From: Schmidtea nova
Taxonomy: Eukaryota
Length of the DNA: 64,000 bases
Direction: 5' to 3'
Assembly: GCA_044892505.1 (NCBI GenBank)
Contig: CM097883.1
Coordinates: 45,260,001 to 45,324,000, forward strand
The position numbers and the translations under genes are program-made. Under the pieces are notes generated by a model. The model did no database searches and was not told the origin of the DNA. It saw only the letters and a program-made list of their open reading frames with translations. This document shows positions 50,243 through 62,977 of the stretch, in pieces; within the stretch, counting starts at the first letter, position 1, and the number at the start of each line of letters is the position of its first letter.

Positions 50243-50882
50243 TTTATTATTTNNNNNNNNNNNNNNNNNNNNNNNNNNNNNNNNNNNNNNNNNNNNNNNN
50301 NNNNNNNNNNNNNNNNNNNNNNNNNNNNNNNNNNNNNNNNNNNNNNNNNNNNNNNNNNNNNNNNNNNNNNNNNNNNNNNNNNAATTGATTTGCAGTGAAA
50401 AGGATAAAAAAATAAACATTTTCGGCTCGGAAAATGATGTGACATCCACGATTTAAAGTGCCATTAATACTGAAATCAACAAAATTTTATATTGTAGTTC
50501 TAAGATAAATTTTTAAATTATTTAAAACGAAATTTTATATAAATTTCTTTTTTATGAAATTTAAAAAAATTATTTTTTTTTGTATTTTCATCAAATTATT
50601 TACAAGTATTTCTCTTGACATTTTTTATAATTTATAGTCTCTTAAATAATAAATCAATGATTAATAATTTTAAATCTTATTATTATATAAAAATTAAGAG
50701 ATTTTTTTATTATTGATTGACTTTTACTTTCATTTCCTTTTCAATAACTAAAAACGAGACTTGGGAATTTTTTTAACTTCTTGAAAAAAACTCTGATTGG
50801 TTAAGCAACTGTCCAATCAAATCTTACTAAAATTATCATATAATTAATGTTATTGTTTTCCATTTTTAATAACTGCCTGAAA

Positions 50883-51000
50883 ATGTCTACGTCTAAATTC
50901 ACCAATTTTCTTGCCCAATATAAAGATAAAGAAACGAAGAAATTAAGAAATTTTACTGCTTCACAATTTGCAGAGGTTTGGAGTCACTACGATGCTGATG
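50883..51000 (+). CDS. First coding exon of a calbindin/calretinin/secretagogin-family EF-hand protein
   Basis: MSTSKFTNFLAQYKDKETKKLRNFTASQFAEVWSHYDADG resembles invertebrate calbindin N-termini (NF..QY.D.E...L...A.QF..VW.HYD.DG); GT donor at 51001 inside the first EF loop. Later exons not found (gaps or outside window). Confidence 0.75.
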
Positions 51001-52022
51001 GTATTATTTTGTTTTTATTAAATTTGTTGAAATTGACTTATTAATGGGAGCCTCATCTAAAATAATAATATAGAAATAAAAATATTATAGAAAAATAATT
51101 TATGGAAAATAGTTACTTTAATTTATTAAAAGCATTTTTACTTATTAGACATTTATTATAAAGTTCTAAAAGGACAATTTAATCTATTTTCCATTCCAAA
51201 TTTTTTGGATAATATTTTACAAATTACTTAAAATTTGAAAAGAATATTTTAATTTTTATGTTAATTTAATCTATTTTATATATTAAAATTTAAAATTTAA
51301 TCAGTTTTGCTGACTATCATTTAATCACTTAAATAACACATCTATTTAGAATTTGGATTGGAAATATAATCAAATTTTTAAAAAGGGAAAATATAGTTCT
51401 CAATAAATATTTTTAGTCGCATAAGAAGTGCATTATATCTGTGGTTGGGGGACGAATAATATTTAATATATACAATAATAATAATATATACAACAGAGCA
51501 TGACATGTTTATCTAAATTTTAAATTTTACAGTAATATCATCTTTATTTTCGTCATTATTTGTAATATTTATTTAGGAAAACTATTTTTGTACAGGTATC
51601 TGCATGAATTTTATATTTCAGTTGCGTCGGGAACGAGCAATTAAAATATAAAATGTAAATATAACGGTCGGCCATGTGTCACTCAAGCGTTTGAAAGATT
51701 TACAGTAAGTAGCGTTTGTCTCGGACACGATCAAGCACCTTAAATGGTTAATAAGTCATTGTATAAAGAACTAAAAGACTTTATTTATAAATTCAGCACT
51801 AGTTTTTTTAGAAAAGATCTTACATTTTATAAAAATCAAATGTATTTCTATTTTTTAATATTTTNNNNNNNNNNNNNNNNNNNNNNNNNNNNNNNNNNNN
51901 NNNNNNNNNNNNNNNNNNNNNNNNNNNNNNNNNNNNNNNNNNNNNNNNNNNNNNNNNNNNNNNNNNNNNNNNNNNNNNNNNNNNNNNNNNNNNNNNNNNN
52001 NNNNNNNNNNAATATATATTTT

Positions 52023-52063
52023 GCACAATATATTTCGAGAACTTAGTTCTCTTAATCAGGTGC
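52023..52063 (-). ncRNA. Hammerhead family B copy with G8U change
   Basis: GCAC-CTGATTA-A-GAGAAC(TAA)GTTCTC-GAAA-TATA-TT-GTGC. Confidence 0.65.
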
Positions 52064-52846
52064 TACCCAATCTTACATTCAAATCTAAATCAAATAAATC
52101 GATTTTTTCAAACAAATTAGTATTAATTTTTTTAAATAAAATATATATTTTAAATCTCATATTATATTCAAAATATTTAAATCGATTAAAATTTTTTAAT
52201 TTAAATAAATATTCTTAAAAATATAATATTCTTTTATTTTTATACAAAAAATATTTTTTTTAAGAATATTTTATAAATATTCCCATATTTATAAACAACA
52301 GAATGATTGAAAACGAAATCCATAATCCCCAATTAAAAATGCTCTAAAACTCGAGTACAGAAAAGACGGTCAGTCTTGTCCAAAGTATGTGGCATTACGC
52401 CCATGACATTGGAAAAATTAAACGAGTATAGAACACAAATCAAAAGAAAAAAATAAACACCACCAACAACCACATCAGGTAATTTACTTAAACACACGGA
52501 CTCAAACCTCTCACATTCACATATTCACAAACATCGACATGACTGAAAACAACGCTAAATCCCATTAATTGACTCCGCTCTGAAACTCGAATACAGAAAA
52601 TATATTGGAAAAGACCGTCTTATATGGGAATATTTATAATATATTCTTAAAAAAATATTTTTTTGTATAAAAATAAAAGAATATAATATTTTTAAGAATA
52701 ATTTATTTAAATTAAAAAATTTTAATCGATTTAAATTTTTTGACTATAATATGAGATTTAAAATATATATTTTATTTAAAAAATTAATACTAATTTGTTT
52801 GAAAAAATCGATTTATTTGATTTAGATTTGAATGTAAGATTGGGTA

Positions 52847-52887
52847 GCACCTGATGAAGAGAATGCGGTTCTCGAAATATATTGTGC
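52847..52887 (+). ncRNA. Minimal type-I hammerhead ribozyme, canonical core (family B), intact
   Basis: GCAC-CTGATGA-A-GAGAA(TGCGG)TTCTC-GAAA-TATA-TT-GTGC; predicted cleavage after 52883. Confidence 0.85.
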
Positions 52888-53858
52888 AAAATATATATTT
52901 GAATTGACGATTGTTTTTAATTATTTTAGTGCCANNNNNNNNNNNNNNNNNNNNNNNNNNNNNNNNNNNNNNNNNNNNNNNNNNNNNNNNNNNNNNNNNN
53001 NNNNNNNNNNNNNNNNNNNNNNNNNNNNNNNNNNNNNNNNNNNNNNNNNNNNNNNNNNNNNNNNNNNNNNNNNNNNNNNNNNNNNNNNNNNNNNNNNNNN
53101 NNNNNNNNNNNNNNNNNNNNNNNNNNNNNNNNNNNNNNNNNNNNNNNNNNNNNNNNNNNNNNNNNNNNNNNNNNNNNNNNNNNNNNNNNNNNNNNNNNNN
53201 NNNNNNNNNNNNNNNNNNNNNNNNNNNNNNNNNNNNNNNNNNNNNNNNNNNNNNNNNNNNNNNNNNNNNNNNNNNNNNNNNNNNNNNNNNNNNNNNNNNN
53301 NNNNNNNNNNNNNNNNNNNNNNNNNNNNNNNNNNNNNNNNNNNNNNNNNNNNNNNNNATAAAATGAAACTTACATTTTGCTCACTCACAAGGCATTGCAC
53401 CAGAACATAATATCTAATTAAACAAACCCCCGATGTGCTTGTTGGCAAACCTTAATTGTTGATATTGTTTTTCTTTGAATTGAGAGACTTTTTACCCAAT
53501 TTTGAAAAGTTATTATCAAGAAAGATCATTTCTTTTTATTAGCATTTTTTGTTTAGTGTTGCTGAGCGGAAAAGAGTGAAGCGCAAAAGAAAACGTTCCT
53601 TTTGTAATAAATATGATTTTCAGTTGTATTTTAGTTTTCTTTATTGTAGACAAAGAATTAAATTAGGAAAAAAAGTGTTTTGTTACATTTTAATTTTTTC
53701 GTTATATTTTTGAAAATCAAAATACTATTTTCTCAATTTGTGCTACCGGCCTCGATGCGGTCCAAGACATTACTATTATTGTTATTTGAAATGTAGACGT
53801 TATAATTTATTTTCATTTTCATTTCAATATAAATTTTTAATAATAAAAAATACAAAAA

Positions 53859-53865
<7 letters not shown>

Positions 53866-53913
<48 letters not shown>
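53866..53913. repeat. (AT)n microsatellite
   Basis: Direct reading. Confidence 0.9.
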
Positions 53914-53919
<6 letters not shown>

Positions 53920-54777
53920 TAAATATTTTGGTCTATTTTTTGATTAGAGAATTAAATTCGTTACATAGATAAAAACATAGAAATGAAACATAAATATTAA
54001 ATAAAAGTATCGAAATTAAATTATTTAAATTAATGCAATATTCCAGTTTATGGCAATTGATAAATGGAAATAAATTTCATTTAAATCCGAAACTGACATT
54101 TTATTTTTTATTATTTAATTTTCGTCTATTTTATATCGCATAAATTCATTTTAAGCTTGAATAAATATTTTGTTTATTTTTTATTAATATTATTAAATGT
54201 GTTTGATCTGGCGTTTCATAATATTAATGAAACGATTAAAATAAATTCAATTTCTAATATTTATTTCGATGAGTATTGTAGACAAAAAAGTTTTTTTATA
54301 AACCCATTCAATATTCTGAGAAGGAAATAAAATTTTAAAAATTTATTATAAATTTAATTATTTTTTAACCTTTTTTCGTCCTTCAAAATAAACAACAGGG
54401 AAGTCCCTTGCATAAAAATAGACTCAAATATGAAAATGTTTCATGCAAGATACAATCGGCTGACTCCGCGCGTCCTTTGATCAAACAATTTGAACCCAAC
54501 AAATAACAATGGTTATTTCGTCTATAACACAAATGACCAGCAATCGTCAATTATATTTAATGAATATGGGTGAGTTTGCCAATGGTGAACTACCAGATGA
54601 TGCTTTAGGAAAAACAATTGCTCTTTTTTATAATAATTAATTTGAAAATACGCCTGGCTTCGTTTCTTTTTCGAATCTTTATTCTCCTTTTAGTTTTTGA
54701 CTCTGTCAGTTTTACTCGAACTCAAATGTTTGCAATTTTCTTCAGGCGTTTGTCTTATTTAGTTTTTCCTTTTATAG

Positions 54778-55508
54778 CAGTGTTGTTCAAACTTTTTTGA
54801 GCCACGGCACACTTGGTTGAATTAAAAATTTTCGCGGCACACCTAAATTTTTTTTTGCTTTTTTTGCAATTTTTTATTGCACTTTTACTAATCTTTTAAT
54901 AAGAAATGAAAAACTTATTTACTTGAAATAAATTTAATGTAAAAAATTTTAAATTTAGAAAATTTAGTGAACGAAAAATTCATTAAACATAGTTAATGAG
55001 ATTTATGTGCTTGATGTTCCGAACAAATAAGTTCCAATCGTGGTGGAATTTTTGACAAACAAACTCTTAATTCTTGATCAATGTTAACCATACGTTCCCG
55101 CTTCTTTGATTTAATTGTGGTAAGAGTTGAAAATCCCAGTTCACAGAGATAAGAAGAACCAAATGGTAATAATATTTCAATTGCCTTCTTACTCAAATTT
55201 GGATATTCGTCTTTAACAAAAACCCAAAATTCATACAATTCAGACAGAATCTAAATAAACATAATTAAGCTGCTTACGTATTTTAGATAGTCAATATTTC
55301 TAGTAAGAAATATAAATATGATTGTAAACAAATAAATTTCGCACTTAATTGACTGATTATCATTTAAATTTGAAATAACTGTTAAAATATCCACAATTCA
55401 ATTTCCTTTTATTGAGATGTTTGGAAAAACAGGGTTTTTTTGACTTTTTTTAAAAAAATTTCACGCACACCTGGGCATCCGCTACGGCACACAGTTTGGA
55501 CAACACTG
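54778..55508 (-). mobile_element. Non-autonomous hAT Buster/Charlie element, 731 bp, retaining the transposase C-terminus
   Basis: TIRs CAGTGTTGTTCAAACT / AGTTTGGACAACACTG; perfect 8-bp TSD TTTTATAG; ORF 55238-54993 with LLPFGSSYLCELGFS...KSKKRER...LRVCLS.I.P...Q.H.SH. Confidence 0.9.
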
Positions 55509-56686
55509 TTTTATAGTGTCTTATACCGTATCTAATTATTGACTAAATCTAGACTAAATTGAATTTCACCGACTGCTAACAGTGGCTCCCGAGAACTGAA
55601 ATTATTGAACAAAAATAATTAAAGATATTCTAATTATCCTTAATTTTGTAGATCGCTACTATGCCGTTATAATCGGCAATTTCATTTTCTTTAGGGGATT
55701 ATCATTGATTTTATTTACATAATTAATTAGATAGTTAATCAATTTTTATTTTTGAATTACCTTTGCCTGGGGCCCTCAATAACTTTTAATATTATATTCA
55801 TCGTTTCATTTGATTCCTGCTCATGCCTTTTCCTCCACAAAATATTGATTTTCAATTTTAATTAATTTTCAATTAGTTTTGTCTCAATTTAAATGTTAAA
55901 GTTTTTAATGCTTCGGATTTTCAGCACACGAAATTTAGCAAACTAATTTTTGAAATAAACTTCTTACAGAATATTTTCTTTTGAAATTTAAAATTGCTTA
56001 TCTTTAAAAGAAACTTTTCCGTAATTTTTAAATTTAATTTTTAAAAATCGAATTTCCTTTGATCGATTTCTTTATTTTTTTTGGAATTTTTCATATTTCC
56101 AATTTTTTTAACTTTAAAATATTGATTCGGTAATTTTTCAATATTTAAAGCTTTACACTTTGAAAAATCTCATTTGATCAAAAAATCTACAATATAAAAA
56201 GTCATTCAAAATATTTCATCTCAAACTAAATATTTTATTTTATAATATAACCCACCAAATTTCCATGGATTGTTTATGATGAATTATTAAAACAAACGCG
56301 AATATAGCACTGAATTCATGAATTTTAAATATCATTATAAAAAAAATTCAATTGTTTCCCAAAACCATTGACTGCATCGACGCGGAAACAAAATAGATTA
56401 GAATTGACATTACAATGAATAAATTTATTCTAAATTGTTTTTTTTCTCCAGCCGGATTGTATGAAATCTACAAACAATTGTACAATGATAAAATTAATAA
56501 TTATATTTGAAATTTCGCCACTGGCCTGATCAAGTTTGGCAAAAGTGCACAATGAAAACTAAATAAATCGTAAGACTTCAAAAAAAAGTTCAAACTTTTT
56601 TAAAAGTATCTTTTATTACTCATTCAATAATTTTCATATTAATATTCGTAAGACTAGATCAAAAATTTTTATTCTGGTTGTTTGGT

Positions 56687-56719
56687 ACACGGTATTTCGG
56701 CACAGCCTTTATCAAGTGT
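56687..56719 (-). ncRNA. Family A hammerhead copy with U16.1C change
   Basis: ACAC-TTGATAA-A-GGC(TGT)GCC-GAAA-TA-CC-GTGT plus the family 3' flank. Confidence 0.6.
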
Positions 56720-58503
56720 GTATTGGTAGGTATTTCAGGTCTGCCTCAATTTTTCAATCTCTCTGTGTATATTACACAATTGCTCTGATTTACACAACAA
56801 ACGTGATTACATAAACATTGCACGATACTCGGGTTTTGCATAACATACATGATTATACAATTACTGCATAACATTTGTCCAGTGTCTCCATGCATGACAC
56901 ATGATATGACGTCATGATTATGTAATTGAGGCCAAGGTCATTTTGAGTGTAAAGTCATGATTTTATTTTTTGGCGCCAATTTTGAATTTTACCCCCCGTT
57001 TTGAATTTTTGTTTAAATAAAGTAAATATTTAAATTTTAGGCGTAATTTTTGAATTTTAAAACAAGTGTCCACCATTTAGAAAATTTTTATTATTTATAC
57101 TATTTTTTATTACTATTACCATTTTTTAAGTAATATTCATAATTATTTTATTTAATATTATTTATTATTATTACCAGACATATCTACCTAACCTTGTGTC
57201 GAAATATTATGTGCCTAACAACCAAAAAATAAATTTGATGTCTAGTTTTAAAAATATTAATAATAAAATTATTGAATTAAAAAAAGAGATCAAAGGTTAA
57301 AAACCAAAATATAATTATGATTTTACTATTCACTTAAGCTCGTAATTAATTGAAATGTGCTTGGGACAAACTCCTTTAAAGTAACTTACAGCAAGCAAAC
57401 CTTTGAAATAATTTATAAATACATTTTTAGACAGAGTTTGCGCATGTAAATGTGCAAATAGTATAATGATTATAACGAAACATCAAAAATCAGATGATAT
57501 TTTTGATACGTCACATCAAAATTTGAGACAGATAGTAATGGGCGAGACTAGTACGTCATTTAAGCATAACTGCTTAAAGGTTTGCGTAAGTTAAGTCCAT
57601 GTTAAGAAAATTTGTATTATCTACCAGAGCTTTTCAAGATTTTTAAAACTTTTTCATCCTGTTAAAGAGAAACAAAGAAAGATCCACATCATTTGGAATT
57701 TAAATTTGTGTCAGCTGGTAAATATAAAAGACCTTAAGAGGTCAGCAGTTCTTTTAAAGTCTTCAATTTGGTAAACATTCTTTGGAATGAAGATATAAAT
57801 AATTAAATATTAATGATTTGACTTTTATTTGTATTTTAAATATTAATTTAAATTTTATTTAAAATATTAAAAGTTTAAAAAGGTTATTAGATTTATAGTT
57901 TAATACATGTACAAAAACATAAGCCTTACGAAAATAAGTTTATAGCATAAAAAGAGTTGAAGAAAAAGAAAACGGGAAGAAAAAGATAAGAAAAATATTG
58001 TTCCTCCACTGAACTAATTTTCTTCATCGACACATGATCAAGATTTTTCTTGATCATGGGAGGCAGTAACTTAGCGCAGCAAAGAAAATACATTTCCTGC
58101 CATGAAAATTGAATTATGCCCTTTTACTTACAAGACTAAAAAATGCAGTGAAAATTAAATGTGAGATAATTTTGATTTTGGAAAAACAAAAATTTATAAA
58201 TAAAATACTTTTTTCTAAAATTAATCGTTAAAAAGTTGCTCCTAACATATAATATTATATAAAAAATTTAAAAAAAACTAACTTGCATTAGAATTCACTT
58301 AATAAATGTATTATTCAGTGCATTTTAACCTAAAATAAAGCAGAATAAAAGTGTAATACTTAAATACTGAGTTGTCCACTTTATATAACTGTTGACGTTC
58401 ACAGAAACTCAATTTGGTGGTTTTTATATAAATAAAACAAAAAACTGAGAAAATGTTTTAGTTAATTAACAGCACTAATTTAGAAAAGAAAAACCACCAC
58501 ACC

Positions 58504-58545
<42 letters not shown>

Positions 58546-58639
58546 AAAAATCCGTATAGTCGTGGTCTATTGTTAGCGATGTTTTATGTTAATTAAATAG
58601 AGTTATTTATGATGTGCTGTGTATGTAAGGAGTAGGTAG

Positions 58640-59410
58640 ATGTGTGGAGTCAAACACAAAGAAATGAGTCATAATGCGTGGGCGTAAAAATTCAAACAAA
58701 GACTTTTTAGTTACCGAGCCCCCCCCCCGGGAGGGGGGGGGGGGGGGTTCGCGCCAAATTTTTTTTTCCCGCCAAAAATTTTTTTTTCAAATTTTTTTTT
58801 CGCGCCAAAAATTTTTTTCAAATTTTTTTTTTCGCGCCAAAAATTTTTTTTCAAATTTTTTTTTCGCGCCAAAATTTTTTTTCAAATTTTTTTTTCGCGC
58901 CAAAATTTTTTTTTTTTAATTTTTTTTTGCTCCAAAATTTTTTTTTTCAAAATTTTTTTTCAACACAAATTTTTTTAACCCAAATTTTTTTTTCACACAT
59001 TTTTTTAAACAAATTTTTTTAACACAAATTTTTTTTTAACACATTTTTTTAACACAAATTTTTTAACACAAATTTTTTTTAACACATTTTTTTTGACACA
59101 AATTTTTTTTAACACAAATTTTTTTTTTAACACAAATTTTTTTTTAACAAATTTTTTTTTTAACACAAATATGAGTCATCGAAAACTTTGCAACACGTGT
59201 GGAGTCAAACACAAAGAAATGAGTCATAATGCGTGGGCGTAAAAATTCAAACAAAGACTTTTTAGTTACCGAGCCCCCCCCCGGGGGGAAGGGGGGGTTC
59301 GCTCCAAATTTTTTTTTTTCAAATTTTTTTTTCGCGCCAAAAATTTTTTTTCAAATTTTTTTTCGCGCCAAAAATTTTTTTTTCAAATTTTTTTTTTCGC
59401 GCCAAAAATT
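58640..59410 (+). promoter_or_regulatory. Duplicated module: AP-1 site, EGR site, C-run/G-run hairpin and tandem E2F-site array
   Basis: ATGAGTCAT at 58664, 59171, 59219; GCGTGGGCG at 58676, 59231; hairpins 58715-58751 and 59270-59301; TTTCGCGCCAAA x7 and TTTCCCGCCAAA x1. Confidence 0.5.
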
Positions 59411-59589
59411 TTTTTTTCAAATTTTTTTTTTTCAAAATTTTTTTGACAAATTTTTTTATTAGACAAATTTTTTATTTTTTACAAAATTTTTTTAATTTAA
59501 GACAATTTTTTCTTTTTAGACAAATTTTTTATTTTTACAAAAATTTTTTAATTTAAGACAAATTTTTTATTACACAAAATTAGAGTAAT

Positions 59590-61479
59590 CAAAAATATTT
59601 GCAACAGGTGTGCAAACTAAACAAAGACATTGTTGTATGTGTGCATGTTGAATTAATTATTATTTGTCAAGTATGAAGCTTTTGCACATCAAAACCATCA
59701 CAGAAGAGGTTCTGCTTCCAGGGTTCTGATCGCAATGTTCTGCTTCCAGGGTTCTGATCGCAATGTTCTGCTTCCAGGGTTCTGATCGCAATGTTCTGCT
59801 ACTAATATTGTTATTTATTCATTTAATTATTATTATTATTATTATTATTATCTTTCAAACTATACAAAGACTTTGCAACACGCGTGCAAGTTAACAAAGA
59901 CATTGCAACACACGTGCAAGGACTTTGCAACACGCGAGCAACATGAACAAAGACATTGATACACGCGTGCAACATGAACAAAGACATTGCAATACACATG
60001 CAAACTAAACAAGGACAAAACTAAACAAAGACATTGCAAGTTAACAAGGACTTTGCAATACACATGCAACATTAACAAAGACATTGCAATCTACATGCAA
60101 CGTAAACAAAGACAATTCATTGCCAAATTTCATAACAAAGACATTTCAATGCCAAAAACTAAACAAAGACAATTCATTGCCAAATTTCATAACAAAGACA
60201 ATTCATTGCCAAATTTCATAACAAAGACAATTCATTGCCAAATTTCATAACAAAGACATTTCAATGCCATAAAAACTAAACAAAGACATTTCAATGCCAA
60301 AAAAAAAAACTAAACAAAGACATTTCAATGCCAAATTTCATAACAAAGACATTTCAATGCCAAATTTCATAACAAAGACATTTCAAAGCCAAAAACTAAA
60401 CAAAGACATTTCCTTGCCAAATTTCATAACAAAGACAATTCATTGCCAAATTTCATAACAAGGACAATTCATTGCCAAATTTCATAACAAAGACATTTCA
60501 ATACCAAAACATCTAAACAAAGACATTTCCTTGCCAAATTTCATAACAAAGACAATTCATTGCCAAATTTCATAACAAAGACAATTCATTGCCAAATTTC
60601 ATAACAAAGACATTTCAATGCCAAAACATCTAAACAAAGACATTTCATTACCAAATTTCATAACAAAGACATTTCAATGCCAAGAAACTAAACAAAGACA
60701 TATCAATACCAAAATAACTAAACAGAGACACGAACATTTACTAGCAGAACATTTACTATCAGAACATCTTTTGTGATGGTTTTTATCTGCCAAAGCTTAT
60801 TACTCGAACATTAATTACAATTCAACTTCATTCAGCATCATTTGATAAAACAAAGACATATCATTGTCAAAACACCTTAACAAAGACATTACAGTACCCA
60901 TGCAGTGNNNNNNNNNNNNNNNNNNNNNNNNNNNNNNNNNNNNNNNNNNNNNNNNNNNNNNNNNNNNNNNNNNNNNNNNNNNNNNNNNNNNNNNNNNNNN
61001 NNNNNNNNNNNNNNNNNNNNNNNNNNNNNNNNNNNNNNNNNNNNNNNNNAAAGTAATGTNNNNNNNNNNNNNNNNNNNNNNNNNNNNNNNNNNNNNNNNN
61101 NNNNNNNNNNNNNNNNNNNNNNNNNNNNNNNNNNNNNNNNNNNNNNNNNNNNNNNNNNNNNNNNNNNNNNNNNNNNNNNNNNNNNNNNNNNNNNNNNNNN
61201 NNNNNNNNNNNNNNNNNNNNNNNNNNNNNNNNNNNNNNNNNNNNNNNNNNNNNNNNNNNNNNNNNNNNNNNNNNNNNNNNNNNNNNNNNNNNNNNNNNNN
61301 NNNNNNNNNNNNNNNNNNNNNNNNNNNNNNNNNNNNNNNNNNNNNNNNNNNNNNNNNNNNNNNNNNNNNNNNNNNNNNNAGGATTCAAAAGTTTTTAAAC
61401 AAAGACATTGTAATGCCAAAACATCTTAACAAAGATATTGCAATACAGATACTGGTTAACAAAGACACACATGTAAGTT

Positions 61480-61521
<42 letters not shown>

Positions 61522-62260
61522 CCCATTTTGACACTGCAATCCATGTGCAAAATTAACAAAGACATTGCAGTACTGGTGCAAGTTAACAAAATCATTGCAA
61601 GCTACAATTACAAAGACATATCTTTAATCGAAATAATAATAAAAATAGTAATAATAATTTAAAAAAAAAAAAATTCAAGGTTTCAAAACTTTTAAAAATA
61701 TGTATGTATGTGTATATTTTCAAACCTTCAAGATGTCAAAATAAAATAATTAAACTACCACAACGTAATATATATTAATTTTCCTACCCATTTTGACGCT
61801 GCAATTCATGTGCAAGTTAACAAAGACATTGCAATGCAGATGCAAGTTAACAAAGACATTGCAATACAGATGCAAGTTAACAAAGACATTGCAATACAGA
61901 TGCAAGTTAACAAAGACATTGCAATGTGGATACAAGTTAACAAAGACATACATGCAAGTTAATAAAAAATATTCAAAAATATTCAAAAATATTCAAGGGT
62001 TAAAATTTTTTTTAAAACTATATAAATATCATGCGAAAGATATTTGAGATGTGTGTATGTGTGTATTTTCAAACCTTCAAGATGTCAAAATAAAATAATT
62101 AAACTACCACAACGTAATATATATATTTATTTTCCTACCCATTTTGACGCTGCAATTCATGTGCAATATTAACAAAGACATTGCAAAGACATTGAAAAAC
62201 AGATGCAAGTTAACAAAGACATTGCAGTTGCAAGCCAAGTTAACAAAGACAAGATGTCAA
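59590..62260 (+). repeat. Composite minisatellite region with AACAAAGACATT core (28-, 29- and 30-bp units) and a duplicated 125-bp block
   Basis: 28-bp unit x3 at 59709-59792; 29-bp AAATTTCATAACAAAGACAATTCATTGCC array at about 60110-60690; 30-bp GCAAGTTAACAAAGACATTGCAATACAGAT array at about 61810-61950; block at about 61700-61815 repeated at about 62050-62170. Confidence 0.9.
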
Positions 62261-62355
62261 AAAAGACTAATTATTATTATTATTAATCACAAAGTGCATT
62301 CTCTTAGCCAATGATAAAAATAAATTAAATGAAAATACATATATTTTGTACGACA

Positions 62356-62954
62356 TTATATGTATATCACATGATATTCATCAATATTAATACCGCAAGA
62401 TTCACACTTATCAATATTTTTTAAACATTTTGAACAAATAATGACATGTCCACAAGGTAAATATAAAATGCCAACTCTATTTATATTACATATTGAACAT
62501 GTGAGAAATCTTTGTTTGATTTCTTCCAATTTCTTGGTTACATTTACCTCTAAAATATCTACATTCAGCATGAAAGATCGAATAATAGTACGATATTTTC
62601 CAAGTCGAAATTCCATACATGACCAGAAAATGGTATTCAAATTGAATTCAGTAGAATCGATATCATTAAGAATCATAATAAAACTGGATAATTTCATCAT
62701 GGATTTATCATATCCGAATGATTCTGTTAAACCAATAATTAATTTATTATTGAAGGATTTGAATAATTTTGAAAGAATGTCGATATCGCATTTCTCAATC
62801 GATGTTAAAAGGTCATCAAGTATTAAAAAGGATTGGATCCAATTGTCCAAAGTAATGAAATTATCTGTAACCTAGTTTAAAATAATTAATTTAAATATAT
62901 ATTTTTAAAACTAACTTTATTTGTTTCTTTATTTGTTTCTTTATTCATTTTCAT
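62356..62954 (-). CDS. IAP/MDM2-type C-terminal RING protein without BIR, 184 aa (exons 62954-62916 and 62871-62356)
   Basis: CSIC....ILYLPCGHVIICSKC....KCESC..I at the extreme C-terminus; 44-nt GTTAGT...CTAG intron joins MKMNKETNKETNK in frame to the listed ORF. Confidence 0.75.
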
Positions 62955-62977
62955 CAATCAATACTATTTAAAAGTTG

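Larger units (their letters stand above)
52011..52900. repeat. Foldback element: about 280-bp inverted arms (52011-52288, 52623-52900) around a 330-bp spacer, each arm ending in a hammerhead motif
   Basis: Arms are near-perfect reverse complements; spacer has a 24-bp imperfect direct repeat (52341-52364, 52577-52600). Confidence 0.85.

Noticed and set aside
50125-50449. Poly-Asn/Ile/Leu ORFs
   Set aside because: Translation of the (AAT)n microsatellite plus a gap.
54440-54620. GC-richer patch as calbindin exon 2 or an RT fragment
   Set aside because: No EF-hand continuation (NGYIEG) in any frame, and the RT-like resemblance is too weak.
58674-59462. Two similar Phe-rich ORFs (58674-58919, 59229-59462)
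   Set aside because: Read-through of the T-rich E2F-site tandem repeat; no coding signature.
59590-62260. CRISPR-like array
   Set aside because: Eukaryotic context; the units are contiguous tandem variants without unique spacers; no cas genes.
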